This document shows, one piece after another, positions 55,398 through 63,736 of a stretch of 64,000 bases of DNA. Source of the DNA: a virus. Its lineage: Duplodnaviria > Heunggongvirae > Uroviricota > Caudoviricetes. The DNA lies in IMG/VR virus record IMGVR_UViG_3300031413_000001; one strand, given 5' to 3'. How positions within the stretch are numbered: position 1 is the stretch's first letter; each line of letters starts with the position of its first letter. The position numbers and the translations under genes are program-made. The notes below the pieces were generated by a model. The model did no database searches, was not told the origin of the DNA, and worked only from the letters and a program-made list of their open reading frames with translations.

Positions 55398-55559
55398 TTA
55401 GTGCTTGGCGGTCGTCGTGGTGTTGGTCGTGGCGACCGTGCCGTTGTCCAGAACCTGGGTCGTCGAGGTCGAGTTGTTGGTGACCGCGTCATCGCGACCA
55501 TCGCAAGCTGCGAGTGCGAGAGCCGAAACCAGACCAGCGACGAGAACAATCTTCTTCAT
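55398..55559 (-). CDS. small Thr-rich lipoprotein (53 aa, not in ORF track)
   Basis: MKKIVLVAGLVSALALAA-C lipobox; AGGAG RBS. Confidence 0.75.
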   Translation of the reverse strand: MKKIVLVAGLVSALALAACDGRDDAVTNNSTSTTQVLDNGTVATTNTTTTAKH

Positions 55560-55623
55560 ATAAAACTCCTAGACCAACCATTGGTACTGGACACCATAGC
55601 GCCTAGTTCCTGTGCGTCAATAT

Positions 55624-55923
55624 CTACCTGCAGGGAATGTAGCGGATAATCCACTTGGGGTAACCCTCGGGAGTCATCACAATGTCGGGGACCGCCCTGG
55701 CATCGTTGCCCGTCTCGACCCAACCTGCGCCATAGCAGTTGTCGCAGATTGCCCGCTTGCTTCTCATGCTCACGAGGTCGATTTCCGCATTCCATTGACC
55801 GTGGCCATGACACACTGGGCACCTAGCATCCAGGGCACCGTTGCGTGGTACCAGTGATATGTTGAACAGCGCGTATGGGTCCTCGGGACCAGTGCAGAGC
55901 ACAATGTTGCTGGCATGTGCCAT
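55624..55923 (-). CDS. CxxCxGxG zinc-finger protein
   Basis: CPVCHGHG and CDNCYGAG. Confidence 0.7.
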   Translation of the reverse strand: MAHASNIVLCTGPEDPYALFNISLVPRNGALDARCPVCHGHGQWNAEIDLVSMRSKRAICDNCYGAGWVETGNDARAVPDIVMTPEGYPKWIIRYIPCR

Positions 55924-56062
55924 CAAAAACGTTCCTTTGTGCAAGAGAATTGCTCACCAATCACAATGCAGATTTCCGACCCTGTGTGAATGGTCGGAGC
56001 ACCCGCCGAGGTCTCGGCTGCTAAGATGAAAACCAGGCCGGCTAGACAACGAGCAGCGTGAA

Positions 56063-56260
56063 TCAATCGTACTCTCCCTCGTCTTCATTGGACAGCCGGA
56101 TACGCTCGATATCTGCGTCAATGAACTTGGCCGCGTCCTCACTATGGGCAAATCCGCCACACTTGATCAGGATATCACTGTGTGGCTCCAGAACCGCCCA
56201 GGTATCCGACCGCTTTATGTAGCGGATCGCATAGTTGCGATAAATCATGTCCGCGCTCAT
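56063..56260 (-). CDS. hypothetical protein
   Basis: ATGA overlap. Confidence 0.65.
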   Translation of the reverse strand: MSADMIYRNYAIRYIKRSDTWAVLEPHSDILIKCGGFAHSEDAAKFIDADIERIRLSNEDEGEYD

Positions 56261-56532
56261 TGTGCTGCAATCCCCAGTTCATAGAGGAGACGATCGATCT
56301 GCTGCGGACCACCAAGCGACCAGCCGCTGTTGCCGGAGCCATGCTCAACCCAAACATTCACCTTGTCGGTGACCAGCTTTTGACTGTAGCCGCCATCACT
56401 TACCATCACCTTGATCCCGCAGTATTCCCACGTATCGGTGCTGCTGAGCACTGGTCGAGAGTGCTGACCAAGCTGTCGAACACGAGAAACAATGGCTTCG
56501 ACTTTGCTATGAAGGTTTGCGTTGATGATCAT
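56257..56532 (-). CDS. hypothetical protein
   Basis: promoter element and RBS. Confidence 0.75.
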   Translation of the reverse strand: MIINANLHSKVEAIVSRVRQLGQHSRPVLSSTDTWEYCGIKVMVSDGGYSQKLVTDKVNVWVEHGSGNSGWSLGGPQQIDRLLYELGIAAQ

Positions 56533-56589
56533 CTAGTGTCTCCTGCTGTTACACCAGAGTTAGCACCAACGCCCCCAGTGTCAACCAGT

Positions 56590-57102
56590 TTAGTAGATGC
56601 CTTCGATGTAGGGCTCATCGTCAACCACTTCCACTCGATCACCCTTTTGCGTGGCTGCGAAGAGAAGTGCCGCAAACGCCTTGGGCAAGCGGATACAGCC
56701 GTGGCTTGCAGGATAGCCGGGAAGGTTTCCTGCGTGAAGGGCGATGCCGTCCCAGGTCAGCCGCTGCATGAATGGCATGGGAGCGTTGGCGTATTTGTTG
56801 CTCCGATGCGTGGCCGCCTTCTGCAGGATGTTGAACACCCCGGTGGGCGTTTCCTTGCCCGGTTTTCCCGACGAGATCGTAGACAGTCCGATCAGCATAT
56901 CGCCGCGATAGACTTGAGCCATCTGCGTGGCGAGATTTACCCGAACGTACACGGCACCATCGACCATCGTATCGTCGTTCCAGTAAAACTGACCGGCTCG
57001 AAGAATGGAAACATCGGAGACTTCAGCAGTTCCTGTGATGTCCTGCGCGCTTGCGACCAGGGGTGCCATCGAAAGTGCCATTGCTGCGAGGAAAAGTTTC
57101 AT
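56590..57102 (-). CDS. L,D-transpeptidase (YkuD family)
   Basis: signal peptide; TPTGVF, MPFMQRL, ALHAG, SHGCIRL. Confidence 0.92.
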   Translation of the reverse strand: MKLFLAAMALSMAPLVASAQDITGTAEVSDVSILRAGQFYWNDDTMVDGAVYVRVNLATQMAQVYRGDMLIGLSTISSGKPGKETPTGVFNILQKAATHRSNKYANAPMPFMQRLTWDGIALHAGNLPGYPASHGCIRLPKAFAALLFAATQKGDRVEVVDDEPYIEGIY

Positions 57103-57170
57103 CTAGTGTCTCCGTTGCCGTTACACCAGGATTTAGCAGTCCAGTCCTGGCAGTCAACCACTCAGGATGT

Positions 57171-57536
57171 CTAGCCGTACATTTTTAGGATCTTGGCTGC
57201 CACGTCGCGGACCTTTTGCTCATCCTCACTGACATGATGCTCTGTCATTGCCCGCTTGACAAGTCGTACCTCTGGTCGATTGAGGCGCCACTTTCCTGCC
57301 TGATAGATGGCATGGTAGTCCTGTAGACTATCAGTGTTCCACTTGACCGAGATACCAATGTTCAGATTTGCGACCCAGAGCGACACGCCGCTGGGATGAT
57401 ACCAGACGTATTGGGTCTTTTGCCAGTCTTTGTTTATTTCCAGCAGGCGAACAATCAGCATGACGTCCTCCCTCACCGCCCCGAAACTCAGGGTAGTGAA
57501 GAAGTTCTTGCACCGATGACCAAACCTTACGCCCAC
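57171..57536 (-). CDS. hypothetical protein
   Basis: operon context. Confidence 0.65.
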   Translation of the reverse strand: MGVRFGHRCKNFFTTLSFGAVREDVMLIVRLLEINKDWQKTQYVWYHPSGVSLWVANLNIGISVKWNTDSLQDYHAIYQAGKWRLNRPEVRLVKRAMTEHHVSEDEQKVRDVAAKILKMYG

Positions 57537-57538
57537 TG

Positions 57539-57823
57539 TTACCCTCTGACTTCCTCGATCAGAAAGCGCCCGTCATCCAGCTTGTGGTAGAACGTGCGCG
57601 TACGGAGCCTGGAGAGCAGCCGCTTCATGACCATCTTTGGAGCAATGTAAAGCCCAAAGAAGAAACTCGCAAGTGCGATCACAACAACGATGCCCATCAG
57701 ATAATCTCCCGGTGCAAAACAAAGAAGGGCCGCTGCGAGGGTGATCAACGGACCACCCAGCGCAACGCCTGCGCACCACATCTGGATAGCAGCATCCAGA
57801 ATGTTTGCAACCAGAGTTTTCAC
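57539..57823 (-). CDS. membrane protein
   Basis: 2 TM; GTGA overlap. Confidence 0.7.
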   Translation of the reverse strand: MKTLVANILDAAIQMWCAGVALGGPLITLAAALLCFAPGDYLMGIVVVIALASFFFGLYIAPKMVMKRLLSRLRTRTFYHKLDDGRFLIEEVRG

Positions 57824-58395
57824 ATCCGCTCGTTTATTTTGTCGGCGAAGTCGGGGTCGATCGTGAGGAGTGGATGCCCCAGGGACTCCAGATACGTGTC
57901 GCGGAACTTGGTGCTGTCATCGTTGATGATGTCAGCGCACGTGCCGCAGTAATACTTCCGAGTGCTGTGGTTGAACCAGTACGCACCAGGAGCCTGACAG
58001 GCCGTCCGATTGCAACGCTGGCCCTTTTCGCCCTTGCCCTCGAGTTCGGCCTTGTTGGTCTCCAGGTTGTCGACGTATGCCTGGCTCATGTACTTGGGCA
58101 GCGTGTAGCCGTTGACCTTGTGGCGCTCATTGTCGCGAGCCCTTGCGCGATTCATCGCCTCGACGATCGCGTCGCCGGCCTGATCGCTACGCGAGGGGAG
58201 ATCGTAATAGGAATGCGCTGGGGTGGACTCTGCGACCGCCTTAGCTGCGCGAAGATCCTCAACGCTCTCAAAGCTCTGTCGAAGGCCATCCATCCGACGC
58301 GAGAGCGCACCCATCTGACGACGTGCTTCCTTCCGAGTGTCCGACTGCTCGCGAAGTGCCTTGAAGGACTTGGGTGCTTTTATCTTGTAGCCCAC
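57820..58395 (-). CDS. hypothetical protein with Cys4 motif
   Basis: CNRTACQ...YYCGTCA. Confidence 0.75.
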   Translation of the reverse strand: MGYKIKAPKSFKALREQSDTRKEARRQMGALSRRMDGLRQSFESVEDLRAAKAVAESTPAHSYYDLPSRSDQAGDAIVEAMNRARARDNERHKVNGYTLPKYMSQAYVDNLETNKAELEGKGEKGQRCNRTACQAPGAYWFNHSTRKYYCGTCADIINDDSTKFRDTYLESLGHPLLTIDPDFADKINERM

Positions 58396-58458
58396 GCTCG
58401 ATCTCCTTTTTGTTCCGATAAACCAGGAATAGCACCAGTGTAGGGCGCGTCAACCAGT

Positions 58459-58686
58459 TTAATTGAGCGAGGAAAGTTTATCGCCGTTGTAGCGATCCTC
58501 ACCAACGATATCGCCGTTCATGTTGGTGTAGTAGGCTTCGATCACGACCTGGTCGCTGTCAACCTCAACCACATAGACGTCGAGATCTTCCTCCCACGCG
58601 ATCTCGTTGGCGCGCTTTGCTGCATCGCCTAAGACCTCGTAGGGGCCAGTCAGATCACCTGGTGTGGGAGCATAGATCCAGAACAT
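58459..58686 (-). CDS. acidic hypothetical protein
   Basis: GGAG RBS. Confidence 0.7.
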   Translation of the reverse strand: MFWIYAPTPGDLTGPYEVLGDAAKRANEIAWEEDLDVYVVEVDSDQVVIEAYYTNMNGDIVGEDRYNGDKLSSLN

Positions 58687-58690
58687 CGCC

Positions 58691-59218
58691 TTACTCCAGG
58701 AAAAGGTAGCCGTTGTTGACTTCAGCGATCATATCATCGTGGTCGGGTGCATCTTCTGCATTGCCGTCATCCATGGCCTGATCGTACTCGTCTTCCTGGA
58801 TGACGCGAAAGCCCGCAAGAGTGGATGCTTCGTCGTGGTCCTGTGGGAAAAAGGTCACGTCCCAGTTACCGTTGAAGTGGCCGTTGGTGTAGATGTCGAG
58901 TGCGATCTGGGTGCGAAATGCCGAATAGTCACCGTGGTTTGCGGCGGCCATTGCCTCGATGATGCTGTCCGCACCTCTGAGCTCTTGTTCGTCGGGCTGT
59001 GCTGGCATGTTATCTTCCTCGCTTTCGTCAAAGCCGATCAGTGGGACCGGAGGTTCTGGGATGGGTTCACGCGCAATCGCTTCGTCCCAAATTGCTTGGA
59101 CGGCTGCGCGCGTTTCGTCGCTGATCGTTTTTGGATCAAAGGGAGGGGCGGGCTCGACCTTGATCGTGCCATCGAGGATGCCTTGGATTCTTGCGATAGT
59201 TTCCGGCTTCAGCGCCAT
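58691..59218 (-). CDS. highly acidic hypothetical protein
   Basis: promoter element and RBS. Confidence 0.75.
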   Translation of the reverse strand: MALKPETIARIQGILDGTIKVEPAPPFDPKTISDETRAAVQAIWDEAIAREPIPEPPVPLIGFDESEEDNMPAQPDEQELRGADSIIEAMAAANHGDYSAFRTQIALDIYTNGHFNGNWDVTFFPQDHDEASTLAGFRVIQEDEYDQAMDDGNAEDAPDHDDMIAEVNNGYLFLE

Positions 59219-59280
59219 GATCGATCTCCCTAGTTGTTGCTCCTGTTCCTAACACCAGAACAGGAGCCTGCAACCACTTT

Positions 59281-59505
59281 TTACAGCGAATCGACGTCGT
59301 CACCGTTGAACGTGCTGTCCATGACCAGCGTGTCAATATCGGTCAGGATCCAGGTGTTTTCCACCAGGTCGCGAGCGTTGATTTCGAGAAGATAGATGAT
59401 GCAGCCCGGTTCGTTGACGAACTCATGCTTGCAGACCTTGAGGGCGCCCTCCTTGCTATCGCGCTGCTCGAACATTCCCTCGGTGGTGTAAGCAATATAC
59501 CGCAT
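59281..59505 (-). CDS. hypothetical protein
   Basis: single-gene cassette. Confidence 0.7.
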   Translation of the reverse strand: MRYIAYTTEGMFEQRDSKEGALKVCKHEFVNEPGCIIYLLEINARDLVENTWILTDIDTLVMDSTFNGDDVDSL

Positions 59506-59573
59506 GCCAAACTCCTGCTAGTTCCTATAAAGAGACACTAGCAGGGTTGTCCAGAGTTGCAACCACAAAGGAG

Positions 59574-59930
59574 TTAATCTTTGGGCTTGAACGTTTCGAT
59601 GACCTTGGAGTTCTGCGCGATGATCGCCCCCTGGGCGCTCTGGCTGACGCAGCCCATATCGTAGTCGGGATATGGCGCACCGTTGCTCATCTTCACACCC
59701 TGAACGGGAATCCACGAGCCACCGGCCTTGACGCACTCCACCTTTTGACCAGCGGTGATCTGAGTGTCGGCTCGCTTCTGATCCGCATCCTTCATCCGAC
59801 TGTCGGCGCAGGAGAATGTGAGACAGCCCAGGACCGTCACAATGCCCACGATCAATGCGCTCATGCCCCAGCGGAACTGGGTCATCTCCACCTTGGAGGC
59901 GATGTTTTCGTCTGTGTATCCGTCTGCCAT
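59574..59930 (-). CDS. membrane-anchored hypothetical protein
   Basis: single TM; C...GG.W motif. Confidence 0.7.
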   Translation of the reverse strand: MADGYTDENIASKVEMTQFRWGMSALIVGIVTVLGCLTFSCADSRMKDADQKRADTQITAGQKVECVKAGGSWIPVQGVKMSNGAPYPDYDMGCVSQSAQGAIIAQNSKVIETFKPKD

Positions 59931-59931
59931 A

Positions 59932-60951
59932 TCAGTCCCACAATCCCATTGCTGCTTTTACATTGTTCATGGTGTCTAGGGCAACCAGTCTAGGTCCACC
60001 AAAGGAACTGGTCGAGAACTCCAAGTGATCCTCGACCTGACGATCGCTCAGCTGCGAGAATGCTTCCTTGATGGGTTCCAGAAGCGAGATCGTCGCGTCA
60101 GTCAGTGCCGACTTGAGTGCGCCGTTGCCCTTTCCGCCCAGGTCCCGCAGGACTTCCTCGACCTTCCGGTCTTGAATGCCCGCGAGAAGCGAAACGAGAT
60201 TGCTTACCGCTACCCGGCCCTCTAAGCCCTCAGGTTCGCTGGGCAGAGCTGTGACACTATCGGCGACCGCTGCTCGATACTTTTTGCTGATCATCACGTC
60301 AGTGTCCAGAAGGTTGATGCGCGAGCTGTCATTGGGCTCGCTCTTGCTCATCTTCTTCATTGGATCCTGAAGACTCATCACCCGCGCGTTGATCGGCGGA
60401 ACCAGTGCCTGTGGCAGCTTGAACGTCTGCCCAAAGTCCGCGTTGAACTTTTCGGCAATGTCCCGGGTCAGTTGCAGGTGCTGGCTCTGATCATCGCCAA
60501 CGGGCACCAGATCAGCACCGTAGAGCAGAATATCGGCCGCTTGGAGCACTGGGTATGCGAACAGCCCGGCGCTCACGCTGGTGCCCGCTCCACCCTTGTC
60601 TTTGAACTGCGTCATCCTGTTGAGCCAGCCCATTCGTGCCGTGCCCATTAGGAGCCACTGAAGTTCGGTGTGCTGGGGAACGGTTGACTGACGGAACAGA
60701 TACGTGGAGCCGTTGGGCCACATCAAGTCATCGTCGGCCAGACCACAGGCCATCAGCAGTCGTGCGATGTTCTTCACACTGGCTGCGAGGTCCGAGGGCT
60801 TTTGATAGACCGTGATGGCGTGGAGGTCGGCCAGCATCAGGTAACTGGTATGACCCTGCCGAGCAAGTTCAACCCAGTTTTTCACTGCACCTAGGTAGTT
60901 TCCCAGATGCAGTGAGCCGGTGGTCTGAACTCCGGAAACGATTGTGCTCAT
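59932..60951 (-). CDS. trpS: tryptophan--tRNA ligase
   Basis: SGVQTTGSLHLGNY, ADLHAIT, YPVLQAADILLY, VPVGDDQ, KMSKS. Confidence 0.95.
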   Translation of the reverse strand: MSTIVSGVQTTGSLHLGNYLGAVKNWVELARQGHTSYLMLADLHAITVYQKPSDLAASVKNIARLLMACGLADDDLMWPNGSTYLFRQSTVPQHTELQWLLMGTARMGWLNRMTQFKDKGGAGTSVSAGLFAYPVLQAADILLYGADLVPVGDDQSQHLQLTRDIAEKFNADFGQTFKLPQALVPPINARVMSLQDPMKKMSKSEPNDSSRINLLDTDVMISKKYRAAVADSVTALPSEPEGLEGRVAVSNLVSLLAGIQDRKVEEVLRDLGGKGNGALKSALTDATISLLEPIKEAFSQLSDRQVEDHLEFSTSSFGGPRLVALDTMNNVKAAMGLWD

Positions 60952-61643
60952 TCGGGAAAGTCCACATCCAGAACGTCGAGTTCATCGTAGTCGATCCACT
61001 TGCCGGCCAGAAGCGGCCAGAACAGCTTGTTCAGCTCACGCTCCGACTTTTCACGAATCAGCTCGTAGACTTCCTCGATGGTCGTCTCGGCGTTGAGTTC
61101 GTTACCGATGCCAGTGAGGAAGACGCCGACCTGCGGCAGAGTTCCCGTCTTGGCGTCGACCATCACGCGATTGATCAGAAGATTGGCGGCCGTGTTCCAG
61201 TGATAAAAGGAAAAGCCCTCCTCGTCCTTTCGATCCTGCCCGGTCTTGTGATGACCACGTGCGATCAGAAAGGCCATCCAGGCGGTCGTGAACTTGAGTT
61301 CCTCGAGCGGACGTTCCGAATACCACTCCGGCGATACGTAGATCTTGTCACCGTCGAAGCTGATTGATCCCGAACCATACGTGGGCACGATGGGATAGGT
61401 GGTCAGCGCCTGCCGATAGATCGAGACTGGATTGCTGAACATGGGGTGATTGGCGAACAAGCTGTCTTGTGCGATGGCAAAACGATCCATCGCATATTCG
61501 GCCTCCTCACCGCCCGCCGGAGTCATCCGATTCTGATGTGCAGCTTCCTCTTCCTCGGGAGTCATCTGCACTGCGATACCCAGGGCGATGTTCTTGACAT
61601 CCTGCCGGATCTTGTTGAGTTCGTCTTCCGATAGTTTTGCCAC
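60948..61643 (-). CDS. DUF2201_N-like metallopeptidase homolog lacking HExxH
   Basis: P.F...DG.KIY...EE..F..A-(WMAFL)..H...WN.AA...IN...EEVYE. Confidence 0.6.
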   Translation of the reverse strand: MAKLSEDELNKIRQDVKNIALGIAVQMTPEEEEAAHQNRMTPAGGEEAEYAMDRFAIAQDSLFANHPMFSNPVSIYRQALTTYPIVPTYGSGSISFDGDKIYVSPEWYSERPLEELKFTTAWMAFLIARGHHKTGQDRKDEEGFSFYHWNTAANLLINRVMVDAKTGTLPQVGVFLTGIGNELNAETTIEEVYELIREKSERELNKLFWPLLAGKWIDYDELDVLDVDFPE

Positions 61644-61760
61644 GTTCGATCTCCTACCAGCCCCCTGGGGCTTTTCCACTTGGTGTGAATAGCACAATTA
61701 GGACGAGGATCAAGAGAAAACCTCCCAATCCTATTATGACGCCAATCCAGTGATCATGTG

Positions 61761-62066
61761 TCATACGCGGATATAATCCTTTGGACGGTACTCACGACCG
61801 TTTGGATAGCGGTCGAGACCAAGAAGCTTCCACTCCTCTTCCGTCAAAAGCGTCCTGGCCTTGGCGAAAGCTGCCTCGGTTGGTGGATGAGTGTGAGTTT
61901 TCTTCTGCTCTTCTTCCAGCTTAGCCTGAACATAGTCTTCGCAATACTCAGTGCCAAAACTTGCGTAATTGTTGGCACCACAGTGATCGCAATAGCTCGA
62001 CGGATCGTAACCCATCTGACTGGCACGCCACTTGTGAGGAGTCTTGGGAAACAGGTTGTCTACCAC
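61761..62066 (-). CDS. hypothetical protein
   Basis: CxxC; LT.EE..LLGL tail. Confidence 0.65.
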   Translation of the reverse strand: MVDNLFPKTPHKWRASQMGYDPSSYCDHCGANNYASFGTEYCEDYVQAKLEEEQKKTHTHPPTEAAFAKARTLLTEEEWKLLGLDRYPNGREYRPKDYIRV

Positions 62067-62410
62067 TGCCCGTGTGCCTCGCTGGAAAAGGGATGAGTAC
62101 GCGCCTCATGCTCATGTCGCTGGCAATACCATTCGATACCACCGGCCCCGATCGCGCCATTGATCGCGGGCTCGCCACACGTATCGCAGAACTTATACTT
62201 CATGGGCGAACGACCATCGTGGCGGGGATATTTCTTGCTGGGCTTGCTATTGCCGACGTGACCGGGGCCTGATGCGCCGCCGCTCTGAACCTGTTTGATG
62301 GCCTTGCAGGACTTGCTGCAAAACTGTGCCCATCCACGTGCGCGATCTGCCGTCCTAGCCTGGAAAGGCTGCTGACACCGCTTGCACGAATATGTTGCCG
62401 TTGACGCCAC
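62060..62410 (-). CDS. zinc-finger protein
   Basis: CKRC..PF.AR.AD..RGW..FCSKSC; CDTC...YC..H. Confidence 0.7.
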   Translation of the reverse strand: MASTATYSCKRCQQPFQARTADRARGWAQFCSKSCKAIKQVQSGGASGPGHVGNSKPSKKYPRHDGRSPMKYKFCDTCGEPAINGAIGAGGIEWYCQRHEHEARTHPFSSEAHGQW

Positions 62411-62469
62411 GCTTGCCTCCTCTTGTGTGTGTCCAACTATGGAGCCAAGAGTGGAAGCTGTCAACCAGT

Positions 62470-62655
62470 TTAATAGCCGCCCTGTGCTTCCCAGCGGCGA
62501 TGTTCCTCTTCCTCGCGAATGCGGGCAACCCGCTTGATCAGGATCAGGTCGATGATTGCCAGGACGCCCTTGCCTTCCAGCTTTTGGAAGCCAGTTTCCT
62601 TCAGAAATTCCGCTTCCTCGTTGGCACTAAAGTCCAGCTTGGTTGCACGGGTCAC
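62470..62655 (-). CDS. hypothetical protein
   Basis: GTGA overlap. Confidence 0.65.
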   Translation of the reverse strand: MTRATKLDFSANEEAEFLKETGFQKLEGKGVLAIIDLILIKRVARIREEEEHRRWEAQGGY

Positions 62656-63077
62656 GATATCAGTTCCTTTCTATGCAGGAGTTCTGCCAGTTTGTCCTGG
62701 GAGACCTGCGCCATCTGTTGATGACCCAGCGAACCAGGGTTGAGCTTTACCTTTTCCTCGGCCTCATGGGCTTCCTTGCGGGCGACCGCGATCTCTTTGT
62801 CGAGTTGGATCTGGGCACCAAAACGAGGAGCGGGAGGCGGACCATTGAACTGCTTCATGGCCAGGCGCTCGGTAAAGGGCGTGTAGGTTGCGAGTGTCAG
62901 GTCGCCACGGACGATGAAAGCGAGGTTGGCACCATAGTGGTACCACCGATTGCCGGCCACGACCTTTTGACGGAACACATCCTTTAGATGCTCGGGCTGT
63001 TTGTCCCAGTCAGGGGTACGTTTGGGCGTACCCTCGCTGAGCTTGTCGAATATTGCCCTGGCCGTTGCCTCGATCAC
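62652..63077 (-). CDS. hypothetical protein
   Basis: GGAG RBS; GTGA overlap. Confidence 0.65.
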   Translation of the reverse strand: MIEATARAIFDKLSEGTPKRTPDWDKQPEHLKDVFRQKVVAGNRWYHYGANLAFIVRGDLTLATYTPFTERLAMKQFNGPPPAPRFGAQIQLDKEIAVARKEAHEAEEKVKLNPGSLGHQQMAQVSQDKLAELLHRKELIS

Positions 63078-63676
63078 ACTAGCTCTCCAAAGAGGATATC
63101 GACCTGTGCAGCATCTTGGAAGAGAAAGCAAACGATAAAGCGGTTATCCTTTTCACCATCGGCCTTGTAAAACGTCACGCTCTCCAGACCACCACCGCTG
63201 AAAGTGCTGCGAGGTTCCAGATCGTACTTTGCCTCAATGTCCAGGACAAAGTTCCGCGCATCACGGTGATTGGTCTGCATCGACGTATAGGCGTTGAGCG
63301 ACTTGCGGAAGTTGACCGGCGGGGTTGGCTTGGGCTCACGCTCACCGACCAGCGCGATGCGCGAGAGAAAACGCTCGCCATAGGGCTGACCAGGGTCGAG
63401 CATGATGATGATCTGGTTGCGGAAGCGAAGCTGATCGAAGTGGCGCGTCCACTCCGTTTCATGCTCGGGCCAGAAGTCGACCAGGACGGTGATCTCCTTG
63501 TCGTTGATTGCATCCAGGGCCTTGGCACCCAGCATCCGATACTTGATGTCGGGGCCTATAATCGACTCCACGGTGGACGTCCGATCATCGCCCCAGATGC
63601 CGATCACGATGGGCGAACCACTTGCCGGACGCTTGCACATCTTGCGGACTAGTTCGATCTGTTCCTGGTCAATCAC
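63074..63676 (-). CDS. hypothetical protein
   Basis: promoter element and AGGAG. Confidence 0.75.
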   Translation of the reverse strand: MIDQEQIELVRKMCKRPASGSPIVIGIWGDDRTSTVESIIGPDIKYRMLGAKALDAINDKEITVLVDFWPEHETEWTRHFDQLRFRNQIIIMLDPGQPYGERFLSRIALVGEREPKPTPPVNFRKSLNAYTSMQTNHRDARNFVLDIEAKYDLEPRSTFSGGGLESVTFYKADGEKDNRFIVCFLFQDAAQVDILFGELV

Positions 63677-63736
63677 TGCCTGTCTCCTGCATCTGTTGTC
63701 CTGGAATTAGCACCAGGAATCCACAGGGCAACCAGA

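Noticed and set aside
63074-63676. Membership of this ORF and of 2081-2314 in the AxxFKL family
   Set aside because: Only partial matches (FQDAAQVDILF; GVDLLKLYSL); too weak without an HMM.
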